This document shows, one piece after another, positions 37,842 through 47,309 of a stretch of 64,000 bases of DNA (the first letter of the stretch is position 1; the number at the start of each line of letters is the position of its first letter). The position numbers were made by a program, and so were the translations under genes. Below the pieces are notes generated by a model that saw nothing but the letters and a program-made list of their open reading frames with translations, was not told the DNA's origin and ran no database searches. This DNA is from Candidatus Heimdallarchaeota archaeon (GTDB taxonomy: Archaea > Asgardarchaeota > Heimdallarchaeia > JABLTI01), in NCBI GenBank assembly GCA_018238155.1, contig JABCTZ010000026.1, forward strand, positions 1 through 64,000, given 5' to 3'.

Positions 37842-39005
37842 CTAATTAATATTTCTAATTAACCAGGTATACAAATCATCTTTTTCTAGCAAATCCTTGA
37901 CATGATAATTTTCTTTTGGTATAACAAGATCCCAAGCGATGGTTTGAGTTTTTTCTTTCCTATTATCCAACATGGCAAAAAACAATTTCTGAAGTTTTGG
38001 ATTCTCTTTCATTATGTATTTTGCTTTTTCTTTTCTAGAATAAAAGTCATTTGCTTTTTGTAAAAGTCTCTGTGTCTCACGTTCAAATGAGCGTTTGTTT
38101 TTCTTTAGTGCTCTCACAACAAGTCGTACAATTGGTCTTAGTTCTTTGGGCGCATATTGAATTGTTTTTCTGATACTATTATCCTTTTGCAAAAGCTCAT
38201 GAATATGACTTAGATAAAGTTGAGTGAGAATCTTGTGTCTTACACGGTAATCACTAGACTTTATTTTTACCATCAATCCATTAGGGTATATCATTACAAA
38301 ACCCTCAAATGTCTTACCATTCTGTTTGTTTGCAAAAAGTATAGCGTCATTCACTGAATTAAAACTAAATTCCTTTGAGAATGGAATTTGAAGACGAGTA
38401 GCTTCCTTACTCGGTGAAGAATAAGTGCCAGAAACAGTATCTATAACAGCTAATAGATACAAACCTTTGTTAGCGTATGAAACAACTTGACGGCAACCAC
38501 GAAAAATTATTTCAAACAAATAAGTCTTTCCGGGGAGAAGATCATTTGGTGTGATTCCTAGTTTTCTAATCCACTTGGTAGCCCATCTTGATTCAAGATT
38601 ATCAAATGTCCCCCTTGTACATACAGAGAGATCTCCGTTAAGATTGTATAAAATACCTAAACAACCATCCAATTTATTGAAAAAAAGCGGAATATCATCT
38701 GGAAGATTTTCCAACATTGTCTCAGGACGCTCGTTTAAATTGAAGAATTTAGCAAATGGACGAGCTACAATAAAACCATCTGAATCCGTAATAAGACCTC
38801 TTGAAACTCGAGTGTAATCATTCCAAAGACAATCAAAATTGGTTTTTTTGGTGTAATTGTAAATATACAAATCTGCTAAAGGGTGTTTCTGACAAGTTAG
38901 CAAACCAGTTGCTACTCTTTCTTTCATCTCCTCACAATCAATCCTAACAGCGTTTTTCGTTGCATCGAATTTTATTATAGGAGAACCTGTATTTACATTG
39001 ACCAT
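37842..39005 (-). CDS. T4 Rnl1 (RnlA)-family RNA ligase
   Basis: IYNY, RGLI..., RPFAKFFN, motif I KLDG, TRG, FEII, motif IV EGFV, motif V KIK. Confidence 0.85.
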   Translation of the reverse strand: MVNVNTGSPIIKFDATKNAVRIDCEEMKERVATGLLTCQKHPLADLYIYNYTKKTNFDCLWNDYTRVSRGLITDSDGFIVARPFAKFFNLNERPETMLENLPDDIPLFFNKLDGCLGILYNLNGDLSVCTRGTFDNLESRWATKWIRKLGITPNDLLPGKTYLFEIIFRGCRQVVSYANKGLYLLAVIDTVSGTYSSPSKEATRLQIPFSKEFSFNSVNDAILFANKQNGKTFEGFVMIYPNGLMVKIKSSDYRVRHKILTQLYLSHIHELLQKDNSIRKTIQYAPKELRPIVRLVVRALKKNKRSFERETQRLLQKANDFYSRKEKAKYIMKENPKLQKLFFAMLDNRKEKTQTIAWDLVIPKENYHVKDLLEKDDLYTWLIRNIN

Positions 39006-39260
39006 TTCTCTATCACTAACATAAAATTATTTACGAAATTATTTAAAGAATTTGTTTATAATAATTGTTTTTGAAATGGTGTCTGTCCTACTCAAAATCC
39101 AAATCAAAAATGCTGTAGAAATATGATGCCTTTTTTTGAGAAGTAGTGTTGAGAAATGAGATATTTCATAAAATGAATTTAAAGAAAGGGAAATTTAGAA
39201 AAATACTACCATAATGAATTTCCTTTTTCTTTACTAATAAAATTGAGTATTTTGTGATAG

Positions 39261-39968
39261 CTACTCTAATTTTTCTTCATCTGACAAAGCGAATTTTAAA
39301 ACTGCAAGAGCATGATTTGTAGCAGTATCAAAAACAGGAATAGGTGAATCCTCTTGTTTTACTAATAGAGGAATTTCTGTACAACCTAAGATCACCCCTT
39401 GTGCTCCACTTTTCTGTAGATTACCAATTATTTTCAAGTATGTTTTCTTAGATTCTTCTGTTATTGTGTGATAAACCAACTCTTCATAGATTATTTTGTC
39501 TATTAATTTTTGATCTTCAAGCTCAGGTACAATAACTTCAATACTGAATTTCTTCAAAGCTTTATGATAATAGCCGGTTTGCATTGTAAACCTTGTTCCA
39601 AGCAGACCTATTTTATTTATTTTCATCTCGAGTATTTTATGTGCTGTCGCGTCCATTATACTGATCATTGGAACAGAGGTACACTTTTGTAAATCTTCAA
39701 AAACAATATGAGGTGTATTCGTAGCCATTATAACAACTTCTGCTCCACCAGCTACCAAATTCTTCGCTGCTTGTTTTAGATTTGCCAACATTCCCGGATA
39801 ATTTTCATTTTGCATTTGATTAGTCAATGTTTCAAGATCTAAACTATCGATTATTATATCTGGAGAGGATAATCCACCTTTTATTTTGTTGTACTGTTGT
39901 ACTAACAAGCGATAATACTCAATTGTTGATTCTGAACTTAAACCACCAATAATACCAATTTTTTTCAT
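39261..39968 (-). CDS. Aspartate/glutamate racemase-family protein (YgeA-like Thr/Cys pair)
   Basis: MKKIGIIGGLSSEST, ATNTPH, LLGTRFTM, ILGCTEIP. Confidence 0.88.
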   Translation of the reverse strand: MKKIGIIGGLSSESTIEYYRLLVQQYNKIKGGLSSPDIIIDSLDLETLTNQMQNENYPGMLANLKQAAKNLVAGGAEVVIMATNTPHIVFEDLQKCTSVPMISIMDATAHKILEMKINKIGLLGTRFTMQTGYYHKALKKFSIEVIVPELEDQKLIDKIIYEELVYHTITEESKKTYLKIIGNLQKSGAQGVILGCTEIPLLVKQEDSPIPVFDTATNHALAVLKFALSDEEKLE

Positions 39969-39984
39969 TTCTTCAAGTCCTATA

Positions 39985-40593
39985 TTAACTAATATTCTTA
40001 CCATTATATATCGTTAAAGTCCATTTTTCTGTATCAGGTTGTAGAACAATTTCATTTAATTTACAATTCTCAAACCAGTCTATTTTTTCTGGATAAATTT
40101 GTAATGTGGAATCAAGGATATGAAATAATGATCCCCCATGTCCAACAATAAGAATGGTTCCTTTCGAATCATTCATTGATATTATATCAGTAAAAACATC
40201 CTTTATTCGGGCTTTCATTTCTTGACCATTTTCTCCTTCGGGTACTCTTTTTAAATCATCTTTCCAACATGAAACTAAAAAAGAATTATCTTCAGTAGTC
40301 ATTTCATCATTCCTACGCCCTTCATAAATTCCAAGATTGAATTCACGTAACCGCTCATCCGTTTTTATTGTATCAATTTGAAGTTTTTTACAAATTATTT
40401 CTGCTGTTGTTTTCGCTCGAGTGAGATCGGAGGAGTAAACCGAATCAAAAGAATACCCATTTTTAAGTAAAAAGTCACCCATTTCTTCAGCTTGTGTCAA
40501 ACCCAATTCTGAAAGGGGAAAATCTTGGTGCCCTTGAATGATTCTCTGGCGATTAGCTTCACTTTCTCCATGCCGTATCAAAACAATCTTCAT
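39985..40593 (-). CDS. Histidine phosphatase (phosphoglycerate mutase family)
   Basis: LIRHGES, SSDLTRA, LRE..LG..EG, VGHGG. Confidence 0.9.
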   Translation of the reverse strand: MKIVLIRHGESEANRQRIIQGHQDFPLSELGLTQAEEMGDFLLKNGYSFDSVYSSDLTRAKTTAEIICKKLQIDTIKTDERLREFNLGIYEGRRNDEMTTEDNSFLVSCWKDDLKRVPEGENGQEMKARIKDVFTDIISMNDSKGTILIVGHGGSLFHILDSTLQIYPEKIDWFENCKLNEIVLQPDTEKWTLTIYNGKNIS

Positions 40594-40944
40594 ATTTGTT
40601 CCTCATTCTTAATTCATAAAAGATACTTATTAGTGAAAATTATTTATTTAAATCATTAACTATTATTACTTTTTATATGATTCATTGATAAAACAAGAAT
40701 TAATTAAAACCATCTCTAGAATTACTAAAAAAATACTTTGTTCTCTCAAAATCTATCTGACCTTTTCTAATATTGACAAATTTAGTGGTCAGACAAAGTG
40801 ACAGATTAAAAAGATGTCTTGGATCTTTTAGAATAACCTCTACAAGCACCTTAAGGGAGTTTTATGTGTGTGTTACAAAAGCTGAAGCTCAATCATAAGT
40901 ATTGAAATGTGCTTATTGCCCTTAATTTTTTCTTTGGAAATTAA

Positions 40945-41766
40945 TCAGGTATTAGAGTGAGGTTCAATATTTAGCTTTGAATCTTCAAAATAATTGATAT
41001 CAAAAGCATCAAGATTATCCAAAATTTTAACTGTTTTTTCTCTAAAGTACTGAGGAACGTTGCTTCCAATACTAAATTCATTGACCAATTTTTTATATGG
41101 TTCAAAAAATTCAACAAGCAAATCAATAATTTCATTCCTATTTGTATTATCTTCTAAAACTTGATAGATTAGTTTTGACTTTCCTAAAGAGATATAGAAC
41201 AAATATTTGTAAAATTTCTTAAAGGAAATTTTTTCTTCGTCTATTTTCTTTAAATCAAATAAAATTTTCAGCAGATATCCCGGTAATAGACTTGTTGTTT
41301 CAACTTTCTTAACGATTTCAAAATGGTTCTGAATGGAAAGATATGCTCTTGTATTTAATTTTTTATATTGATTGAGTTCCTTAGTAATTTTTTCTTCTGT
41401 CCCCAGGTTGTTTAACAATTCTTTGTAACCTATTTTTCTAATCAAAAAGAACTCAAAAATTGCTATGACAATTAAGACAATTATTAATGGTAAAATCAAA
41501 ATTGGTATTATAGAATCTTTTTCGAAAATTCCTGCTTGGTTCTGAACAATAATTAAAATGGAAATAAAAACTATTAGAACCGCAGATACTGCTAATGATA
41601 TTCTATTGAAAATCTTCTTTGTTTCTTTAATTTCTGCACGGCAGATCTTTTCTTGGAATCTCCATGAGAATTCTTGCTTGATAATTATTTCGTTAAGAAA
41701 TGCTCGTGCTACCTCTGCATTTTCTTTCAGAATTTTCTGATCGATCATTTTATGTAAGCCCACCAT
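40945..41766 (-). CDS. Hypothetical 2-TM membrane protein
   Basis: Two TM helices followed by a helical domain; layout resembles the N-terminal half of 41812..43329. Confidence 0.6.
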   Translation of the reverse strand: MVGLHKMIDQKILKENAEVARAFLNEIIIKQEFSWRFQEKICRAEIKETKKIFNRISLAVSAVLIVFISILIIVQNQAGIFEKDSIIPILILPLIIVLIVIAIFEFFLIRKIGYKELLNNLGTEEKITKELNQYKKLNTRAYLSIQNHFEIVKKVETTSLLPGYLLKILFDLKKIDEEKISFKKFYKYLFYISLGKSKLIYQVLEDNTNRNEIIDLLVEFFEPYKKLVNEFSIGSNVPQYFREKTVKILDNLDAFDINYFEDSKLNIEPHSNT

Positions 41767-41811
41767 ATTACAGATATTGAATATACAAACTGATTTTTAA
41801 ATCAACGTGCT

Positions 41812-43329
41812 TCATCGATTTTTCTTCATTGACTCCATTACAGTTACTTCTAGTTGCTCTTCAATTTCTTTTTTACAATAGGGACACAAGTCACTTTTTT
41901 CCAACCACATAGAGAAGTGTTCAGCATGACCGAAACCCTCACAATGAGGGCAAATACTTACCTCTGTGCCTAATCCAATGCTATTCAAACAAACGAAGCA
42001 ATATGGAAGTTCGTTTTTGCACTTTTTGCAATATTGTAGAATAGACGAATTTTTAGTTTTGCAATAAGGGCATTTTATTGTTATACTTCCCCCTTTTCTT
42101 TTGGATAAAAACTGTTTAGCAGAAAATAATTGTTTGAAATAGTCAGTTCTAATTTTCTCATATTCATCTTTAGACATTTGTTCTTTTTCTTCATCAAGTA
42201 TTTCAAGAGTAGAATTTAATACTTCAATTTTTACTTCGAGCTCCTTATCTGTTAATAATTTCATTTTAATATTTTCTGCAGGGAGATTTTTTTGAATGAA
42301 TTTCATAGTTGTATAATACGTACCAGCTCTTGTTCGAATCTCTATCACGTCCCCATCAAAAGCTGAAATTGCTGAAAGTAGTTTATTCTTATCAATATTG
42401 AGCTTTTTATGTGGTATTTTAACAGTAGATTTTGCAATTGGTTTAGCATCCAATTGCTTCTTCATTTTACTAGTTAATTCTTCAACTTTTATAGCCAATT
42501 CTTTATTTGAGTTTATTTTCTGTAAAGTTTCAATTATATCATTCACATTTTTGATTGACTTTTGCATTTTTCTAAAATCAACCCTAAAGAACATATCAAA
42601 TTTATTTTGGGAGACAATTGATAGGCTTGAATCTATATCTGTCAATACATTCAACAATTCAGTTAATGTTTTTTCATCTTTAATCAAAACATCCAGATTT
42701 AAAGATTCTAAAATAAATGTTCCAGCTAGTATCATCAATACTAATCTCTTCATTTGATCTTTAGCAATGGGATCTTTATCCTGTAAGAGAATTTCAATAG
42801 CAATTTCATTTACCAATACTGCAGCAATTCTATTTCTGAATTCATTTGAAATTGTAATTTCAATTGCTTTTTTAATTAGTTGATCGGAAGCGTTTCTTTC
42901 GTCTAACTCATTATCTATTTGTTTTCTAATCTCGGCTGCTTCTATTTCAAGCTCTTTCTTCTTCTTTTTCAAAGCTCGTTTTGCTAAAAAACCAACATTG
43001 AAATTCGATAAAAGATAAAATGACACTCCAAAGGCAAGAAATAGACAAGCCAAAATAACTATGATTATGATTTCATCACCCAGATGACTTAGTAACCCAG
43101 CAAATACAAAACTAGCCAAAATAGAAGCTACAAATATAATTCCAGTAATTTTCCACATTTTCTCTGAAATTTTCTTTCTCTGTTCGTCCAATGCTACACT
43201 TTCATACATAGATTCTTTGCTTTTTTTGAAGAGGGATATTTCAACTAATGGTAAGGCTTTTTTTATACATTCTGAAATTATTTGCTGATTGTTTAGGTTA
43301 TTGTCTATTTCTGCTACTTGTGCACTCAT
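41812..43329 (-). CDS. 2-TM membrane protein with C-terminal zinc ribbon and RING finger
   Basis: CPYC..CKKC, then CFVC...CPHC..GHAEH...W....CPYC. ATG at 43329 overlaps the upstream stop (TAATG). Confidence 0.75.
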   Translation of the reverse strand: MSAQVAEIDNNLNNQQIISECIKKALPLVEISLFKKSKESMYESVALDEQRKKISEKMWKITGIIFVASILASFVFAGLLSHLGDEIIIIVILACLFLAFGVSFYLLSNFNVGFLAKRALKKKKKELEIEAAEIRKQIDNELDERNASDQLIKKAIEITISNEFRNRIAAVLVNEIAIEILLQDKDPIAKDQMKRLVLMILAGTFILESLNLDVLIKDEKTLTELLNVLTDIDSSLSIVSQNKFDMFFRVDFRKMQKSIKNVNDIIETLQKINSNKELAIKVEELTSKMKKQLDAKPIAKSTVKIPHKKLNIDKNKLLSAISAFDGDVIEIRTRAGTYYTTMKFIQKNLPAENIKMKLLTDKELEVKIEVLNSTLEILDEEKEQMSKDEYEKIRTDYFKQLFSAKQFLSKRKGGSITIKCPYCKTKNSSILQYCKKCKNELPYCFVCLNSIGLGTEVSICPHCEGFGHAEHFSMWLEKSDLCPYCKKEIEEQLEVTVMESMKKNR

Positions 43330-44036
43330 TAGTTCTTCCCTCCTGAAATCAATTGAGATTCTAGAATATGCTCTTTGCAATTTGGACAAGAGCCAATAGC
43401 TTTTAACCATTCTATAATATGACTTGCATGTGCATAGGTATCACATTTTGGACATCTAAGCACTTTATCATCTGCATAGATGTTTCTCTTACAAACACTA
43501 CATTGTTGTATTTCTTTATCACAACTAAAACAACTTTTTTCATTTTCAATAAGTTGACTATCACAAAAATAACAAATCTTGATTTTGTCTTCTTTTCTAT
43601 CTTCGATGATCTGATTGATAATAAACAATTCTTCATTTTTTTCTTGAATCAGTCTAAAATAATCAGTAGATAAGATTGCTTTTGCTTTGTATTTTTTCTT
43701 TATCCCTTTTAATGTTTTAATGATGGTCTTTTTTCTTATGGTTAGTTCTTGTTCAGATAATTCTTCATACCATACAAATGGCATTGTATCTTCTGACTTT
43801 AGAAGATTTGATTCTCTCTTGAAGTATTTATCAGGTATGAAATAAAATTCTCCTCTACCTGTTTTAATTGAAAAAACAAGGTTATCTTCTTTCAAGTTTG
43901 TTAGAATCTTTCTAACTTGACTGTTTTTCAGGTTATATATATCACTAATAGCATGAGCAGATAAAGGCTCGGTAGTTATCCTAAGAATCTTAATTATCTG
44001 TGAAGTAAGAGATTGTGTATCTATAATATTTCTCAT
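43329..44036 (-). CDS. Winged-helix, zinc-ribbon and RING-finger protein
   Basis: N-terminal PLSAHAISDIYNLKNSQVRKILTNL (HTH); CSVC...CPKC..AHASH..EWL....CPNC. Confidence 0.75.
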   Translation of the reverse strand: MRNIIDTQSLTSQIIKILRITTEPLSAHAISDIYNLKNSQVRKILTNLKEDNLVFSIKTGRGEFYFIPDKYFKRESNLLKSEDTMPFVWYEELSEQELTIRKKTIIKTLKGIKKKYKAKAILSTDYFRLIQEKNEELFIINQIIEDRKEDKIKICYFCDSQLIENEKSCFSCDKEIQQCSVCKRNIYADDKVLRCPKCDTYAHASHIIEWLKAIGSCPNCKEHILESQLISGGKN

Positions 44037-44209
44037 GAAAACCCACCAATATTATATCAATTTACTATTGAACATATAAAATGATTGATTCAAAAGAGAG
44101 AGAATTTGTAGAAATAACGCACAGCAACAAATTATCATTTAAAATAAATTAGCAAATATTTAAGTGATAATTTACTAGATATATTATACATACAAGTTGA
44201 GGATAGAAA

Positions 44210-44512
44210 ATGCCCAAAAGACAATCTAAAGTTATGCAAGAACCAATTGCTGAACCACAGAGAAGTAAGGTTCTTCTTTATATTTCATTTGCTTTAACAG
44301 TTATTGGCGCTACAATGGCATTATCTGTTACAGTTTTAATTGTTATTCCTGGTTACATTGAACTCTCATGGAGTACTCTTTTTACGAATCCATTAACGTA
44401 TATTCTCATAGTAGGATTAATTCTTGTAACTGCAGGGTTAATTATGCAAAGAATTATTACTCCACCTATGAAAGCAACAGAAACAGAAAAATTGAAAAGT
44501 AGATTGGAGTAA
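44210..44512 (+). CDS. Small 2-TM membrane protein
   Basis: GAGG SD, ATG start, two hydrophobic helices. Confidence 0.6.
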   Translation: MPKRQSKVMQEPIAEPQRSKVLLYISFALTVIGATMALSVTVLIVIPGYIELSWSTLFTNPLTYILIVGLILVTAGLIMQRIITPPMKATETEKLKSRLE

Positions 44513-44553
44513 ATCATTCTTCTCCTTTCCATTATGATAAGAAAAATTGCCAG

Positions 44554-45336
44554 CTATTTTACCAAATTTATGCAATGTTTATCGACTAGTTTTTTGAATC
44601 TTACATAGTCGCGCATTTTAACTATCTTTAATTGAGAACCAAATTCTCTAAGATTTAAATCTTCGAGTTTTTCAAGAGCTGTTATACGTTTCTTTGAGTC
44701 ATGTCTATCTTTTGAGAGATAGATATTAGCTTTATGAGATTTCAAATCGATTATAGTAATAATTCCGTCATCAAGAATTGTATGAGGATCTGCAAATTCA
44801 ATAAATCCTGCATCTCCGAAACTGAAAACTCGAATATTAACTATTTTAACTGAATCATTTAATTTTTTAAGTAATACCAGAACTGAATCTTTTGATATAT
44901 CAAGTTCTTTTTCCCAATGCTCTTTTCTAAATTTGGCGATTATATTTTCAACTGTTTTATGATTATTTAGAATAAACCTTTGCTGCTCATCTTTTAATAG
45001 AAGAAAAATCGAACATGTACGTCCGTGTTCTGCAATTCGACTGTCTTTAGTATTTGACGCTTTTACAGAAAAAGAATAGATCAAGTACCTTTGATTTGGT
45101 CTTTCAAAGAGGGGTAAAGGACCATACAAACCACCAAGCATATCATCTCCGCAATGGACCGCAGAAATACCATGAATTACTAATTTGTTAATCAATTTTT
45201 TTGGTAGTTTAACGATACTATATCGAGCCACTGGTCCATCATCTTCGAAAACACCAAAAATTATTCCTGTAAAAGCTTTTCTTAGCTTTTTCGGTTTTTT
45301 TAATGAGGGTGTTTTATCTGTTTCAGTGGTTGACAT
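44554..45336 (-). CDS. Longin/uDENN-like domain fused to a gelsolin-like domain
   Basis: IIFGVFEDDGP...LYGPLPL...YSFSVK...DSRI. C-terminal ITIIDLKSHKANIYLSK...ALEKLEDLN.REFG. Confidence 0.5.
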   Translation of the reverse strand: MSTTETDKTPSLKKPKKLRKAFTGIIFGVFEDDGPVARYSIVKLPKKLINKLVIHGISAVHCGDDMLGGLYGPLPLFERPNQRYLIYSFSVKASNTKDSRIAEHGRTCSIFLLLKDEQQRFILNNHKTVENIIAKFRKEHWEKELDISKDSVLVLLKKLNDSVKIVNIRVFSFGDAGFIEFADPHTILDDGIITIIDLKSHKANIYLSKDRHDSKKRITALEKLEDLNLREFGSQLKIVKMRDYVRFKKLVDKHCINLVK

Positions 45337-45619
45337 TGATCATCCCTTGTAAAATTAGTTCTAGATAGCCCTTAAGATTAATTATTTCTTTTTGAGCTAT
45401 AACATAAATTAGTAGCTATTAAATAAAAAGTATTTCATTATATTATTGCTACTTGTTCTTTGATTTTTAGCAAAGAAATTGGTATTTTCCAATCATTTTC
45501 TATATAACCATTCAAAAAATATATATCTAGTAAAAACGAATGCAGTAGTATCAATGATTAATCTTTCAAAACAATTGTAAAAACAATTGAGATTAAGAAG
45601 TGAAAAAAAAACTCGTGAA

Positions 45620-46990
45620 ATGACAAACCCTTATTTGGAGGAGAAAAAACTGTCGCCGAATGATGAGAAAGAATTTAAAAAGTTACTAATTATTGGATCT
45701 ATAGTTGGGTTAGTAGGTGCAATTGCACTTATATTAGGAATGATTTTACAGTTTAATGTCTTTAATACCGTAGAAATCAATGTTTTTGGCATTGTCGTTG
45801 TTGCATTTGCTTTCGGCATATTTTTAATCTGTCTAATAACGCTTCTCGGAACATTATCTGTAGGATTTAGTGTTAATGACGAACGACCAGGTTTGTTAGC
45901 TTTAGTTTTGTTCATATTTGCACCAACAGTTGTTTTAACAAATTTTAGTACTCCTTTGTATTATTTGCTAGAAATAGGTAATAGAGAGCTAGATCTTGGT
46001 TTTGTTGGATTTGGATTTTATTTGGTTTATTTAGGTGCCGGATTATTCCTTATTTCATTCATATTCCATGTTTGGACTTTCCTCTGGAAAAATAGGTTGG
46101 GCGATTCTGGTGTTAATGTCGCAGATAGCTCTAATGAAATACCTATGATCAAAATCTTAAGGATAATTAACAGTATCTTGATTGTTATTGCTAGTATTGG
46201 GATAATTTTTGGTATGATATTACCAGCTTATTCATCAATTGAAAATCCCAATGTTACAGGATTCTTCATGTATGAAAACGGTACACATGTCGATCTAGAA
46301 GCTATGTTCTTTTTAGCTTTGCTCTTTAGTATAGTAGTAACAGCAATTATTGTTATGCTTAGTAATTTTGGAGTTGTTAAATCCACTAGAAGCGAAATAC
46401 CATTACTAATACTTCTCGGAATTACTTTTTTAGTTCCAGGTTACATTCCAAAAGGAAACCCGTCCGGTGTTTGGACTTCTCCATTCTTTGAATTATTAAT
46501 CACAATGCGTGAAATTGTATATCAAGATACAGAACTTAGCTTCACTACTATGGGTTGGGTTCTAATAGTAGGAATATTGGTTCTACTCCTAACGGTATTC
46601 ATTGCATCGATTACATTCTTCTTTAGCAAATCAGCAACAAAAGCTGTTAAAAGGGTTAAATCTTCTGTGAAGAAGGTTAAGAAAGGAAAATTCCCTTCAA
46701 GTCCTCCATCCGCTAATGTTGGAGGATTGGCATCACAATTGGCTAGTTCAGGTCCTCCTTCAGCTGCAACAGGTCCTCCCTCGGCTGCATCAGGTCCGCC
46801 ATCTGCTTTAGGACAAGATCCAACAGTTTCATCCTCTCCGCCCACACCACCAAGCTTTTTAGCTTCATCAGGTTCACCTCCAAGTGCAGCAGCAACAGAA
46901 AAACCAACATGCCCATTCTGTGGTAAATCATTAAGATTTATCGATGAATACCAAAGATGGTACTGTGACAGTTGCGCACAATACGTATAA
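45620..46990 (+). CDS. Multi-pass membrane protein with a Pro/Ser-rich linker and a C-terminal zinc ribbon
   Basis: About 8 TM segments, GPPSAA repeats, CPFCG...WYCDSC. Confidence 0.7.
   Translation: MTNPYLEEKKLSPNDEKEFKKLLIIGSIVGLVGAIALILGMILQFNVFNTVEINVFGIVVVAFAFGIFLICLITLLGTLSVGFSVNDERPGLLALVLFIFAPTVVLTNFSTPLYYLLEIGNRELDLGFVGFGFYLVYLGAGLFLISFIFHVWTFLWKNRLGDSGVNVADSSNEIPMIKILRIINSILIVIASIGIIFGMILPAYSSIENPNVTGFFMYENGTHVDLEAMFFLALLFSIVVTAIIVMLSNFGVVKSTRSEIPLLILLGITFLVPGYIPKGNPSGVWTSPFFELLITMREIVYQDTELSFTTMGWVLIVGILVLLLTVFIASITFFFSKSATKAVKRVKSSVKKVKKGKFPSSPPSANVGGLASQLASSGPPSAATGPPSAASGPPSALGQDPTVSSSPPTPPSFLASSGSPPSAAATEKPTCPFCGKSLRFIDEYQRWYCDSCAQYV
46748..46810 (+). repeat. Three imperfect 21-bp tandem repeats encoding (S/T)GPPSA(A/L)
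   Basis: tcaggtcctccttcagctgca / acaggtcctccctcggctgca / tcaggtccgccatctgcttta. Confidence 0.8.
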
Positions 46991-47309
46991 TAAAATGGAA
47001 GGATTTTCCTTTCATCCTCTTTTTTCTTTTTTTTACTTTACTTCTTATTGATTAAGAATTAATTTCTATATGAGACTTACACACCAATAATTAGTGAATG
47101 AATAAATGGATTATTTATTCGTCATTTTCTCTCTCTTAATCCTCTGATAAAATAACAGTAAAAGTTATCCAACACTTTTCGTAAATCATACTCAATTTTT
47201 CTTTCTAGTATCAGAGAAGAGAATGTAATTAAACCAAAAAGATTGCCCTTTTTATTCGATTATTTTTAAAAAAAAGAGAAATATTATTTCTTTTGAAATA
47301 ATACTTGTT

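Noticed and set aside
34635-39005. Intact prophage or integrative element
   Set aside because: No integrase, transposase, structural genes or short att repeats were seen
43330-43410. ORF-track N-terminal extension of the TM-RING gene
   Set aside because: It overlaps the upstream RING gene; TAATG coupling and a GGAGG SD support the start at 43329
46748-46810. Possible CRISPR-like repeat
   Set aside because: In-frame coding tandem repeat with no spacers and no cas genes
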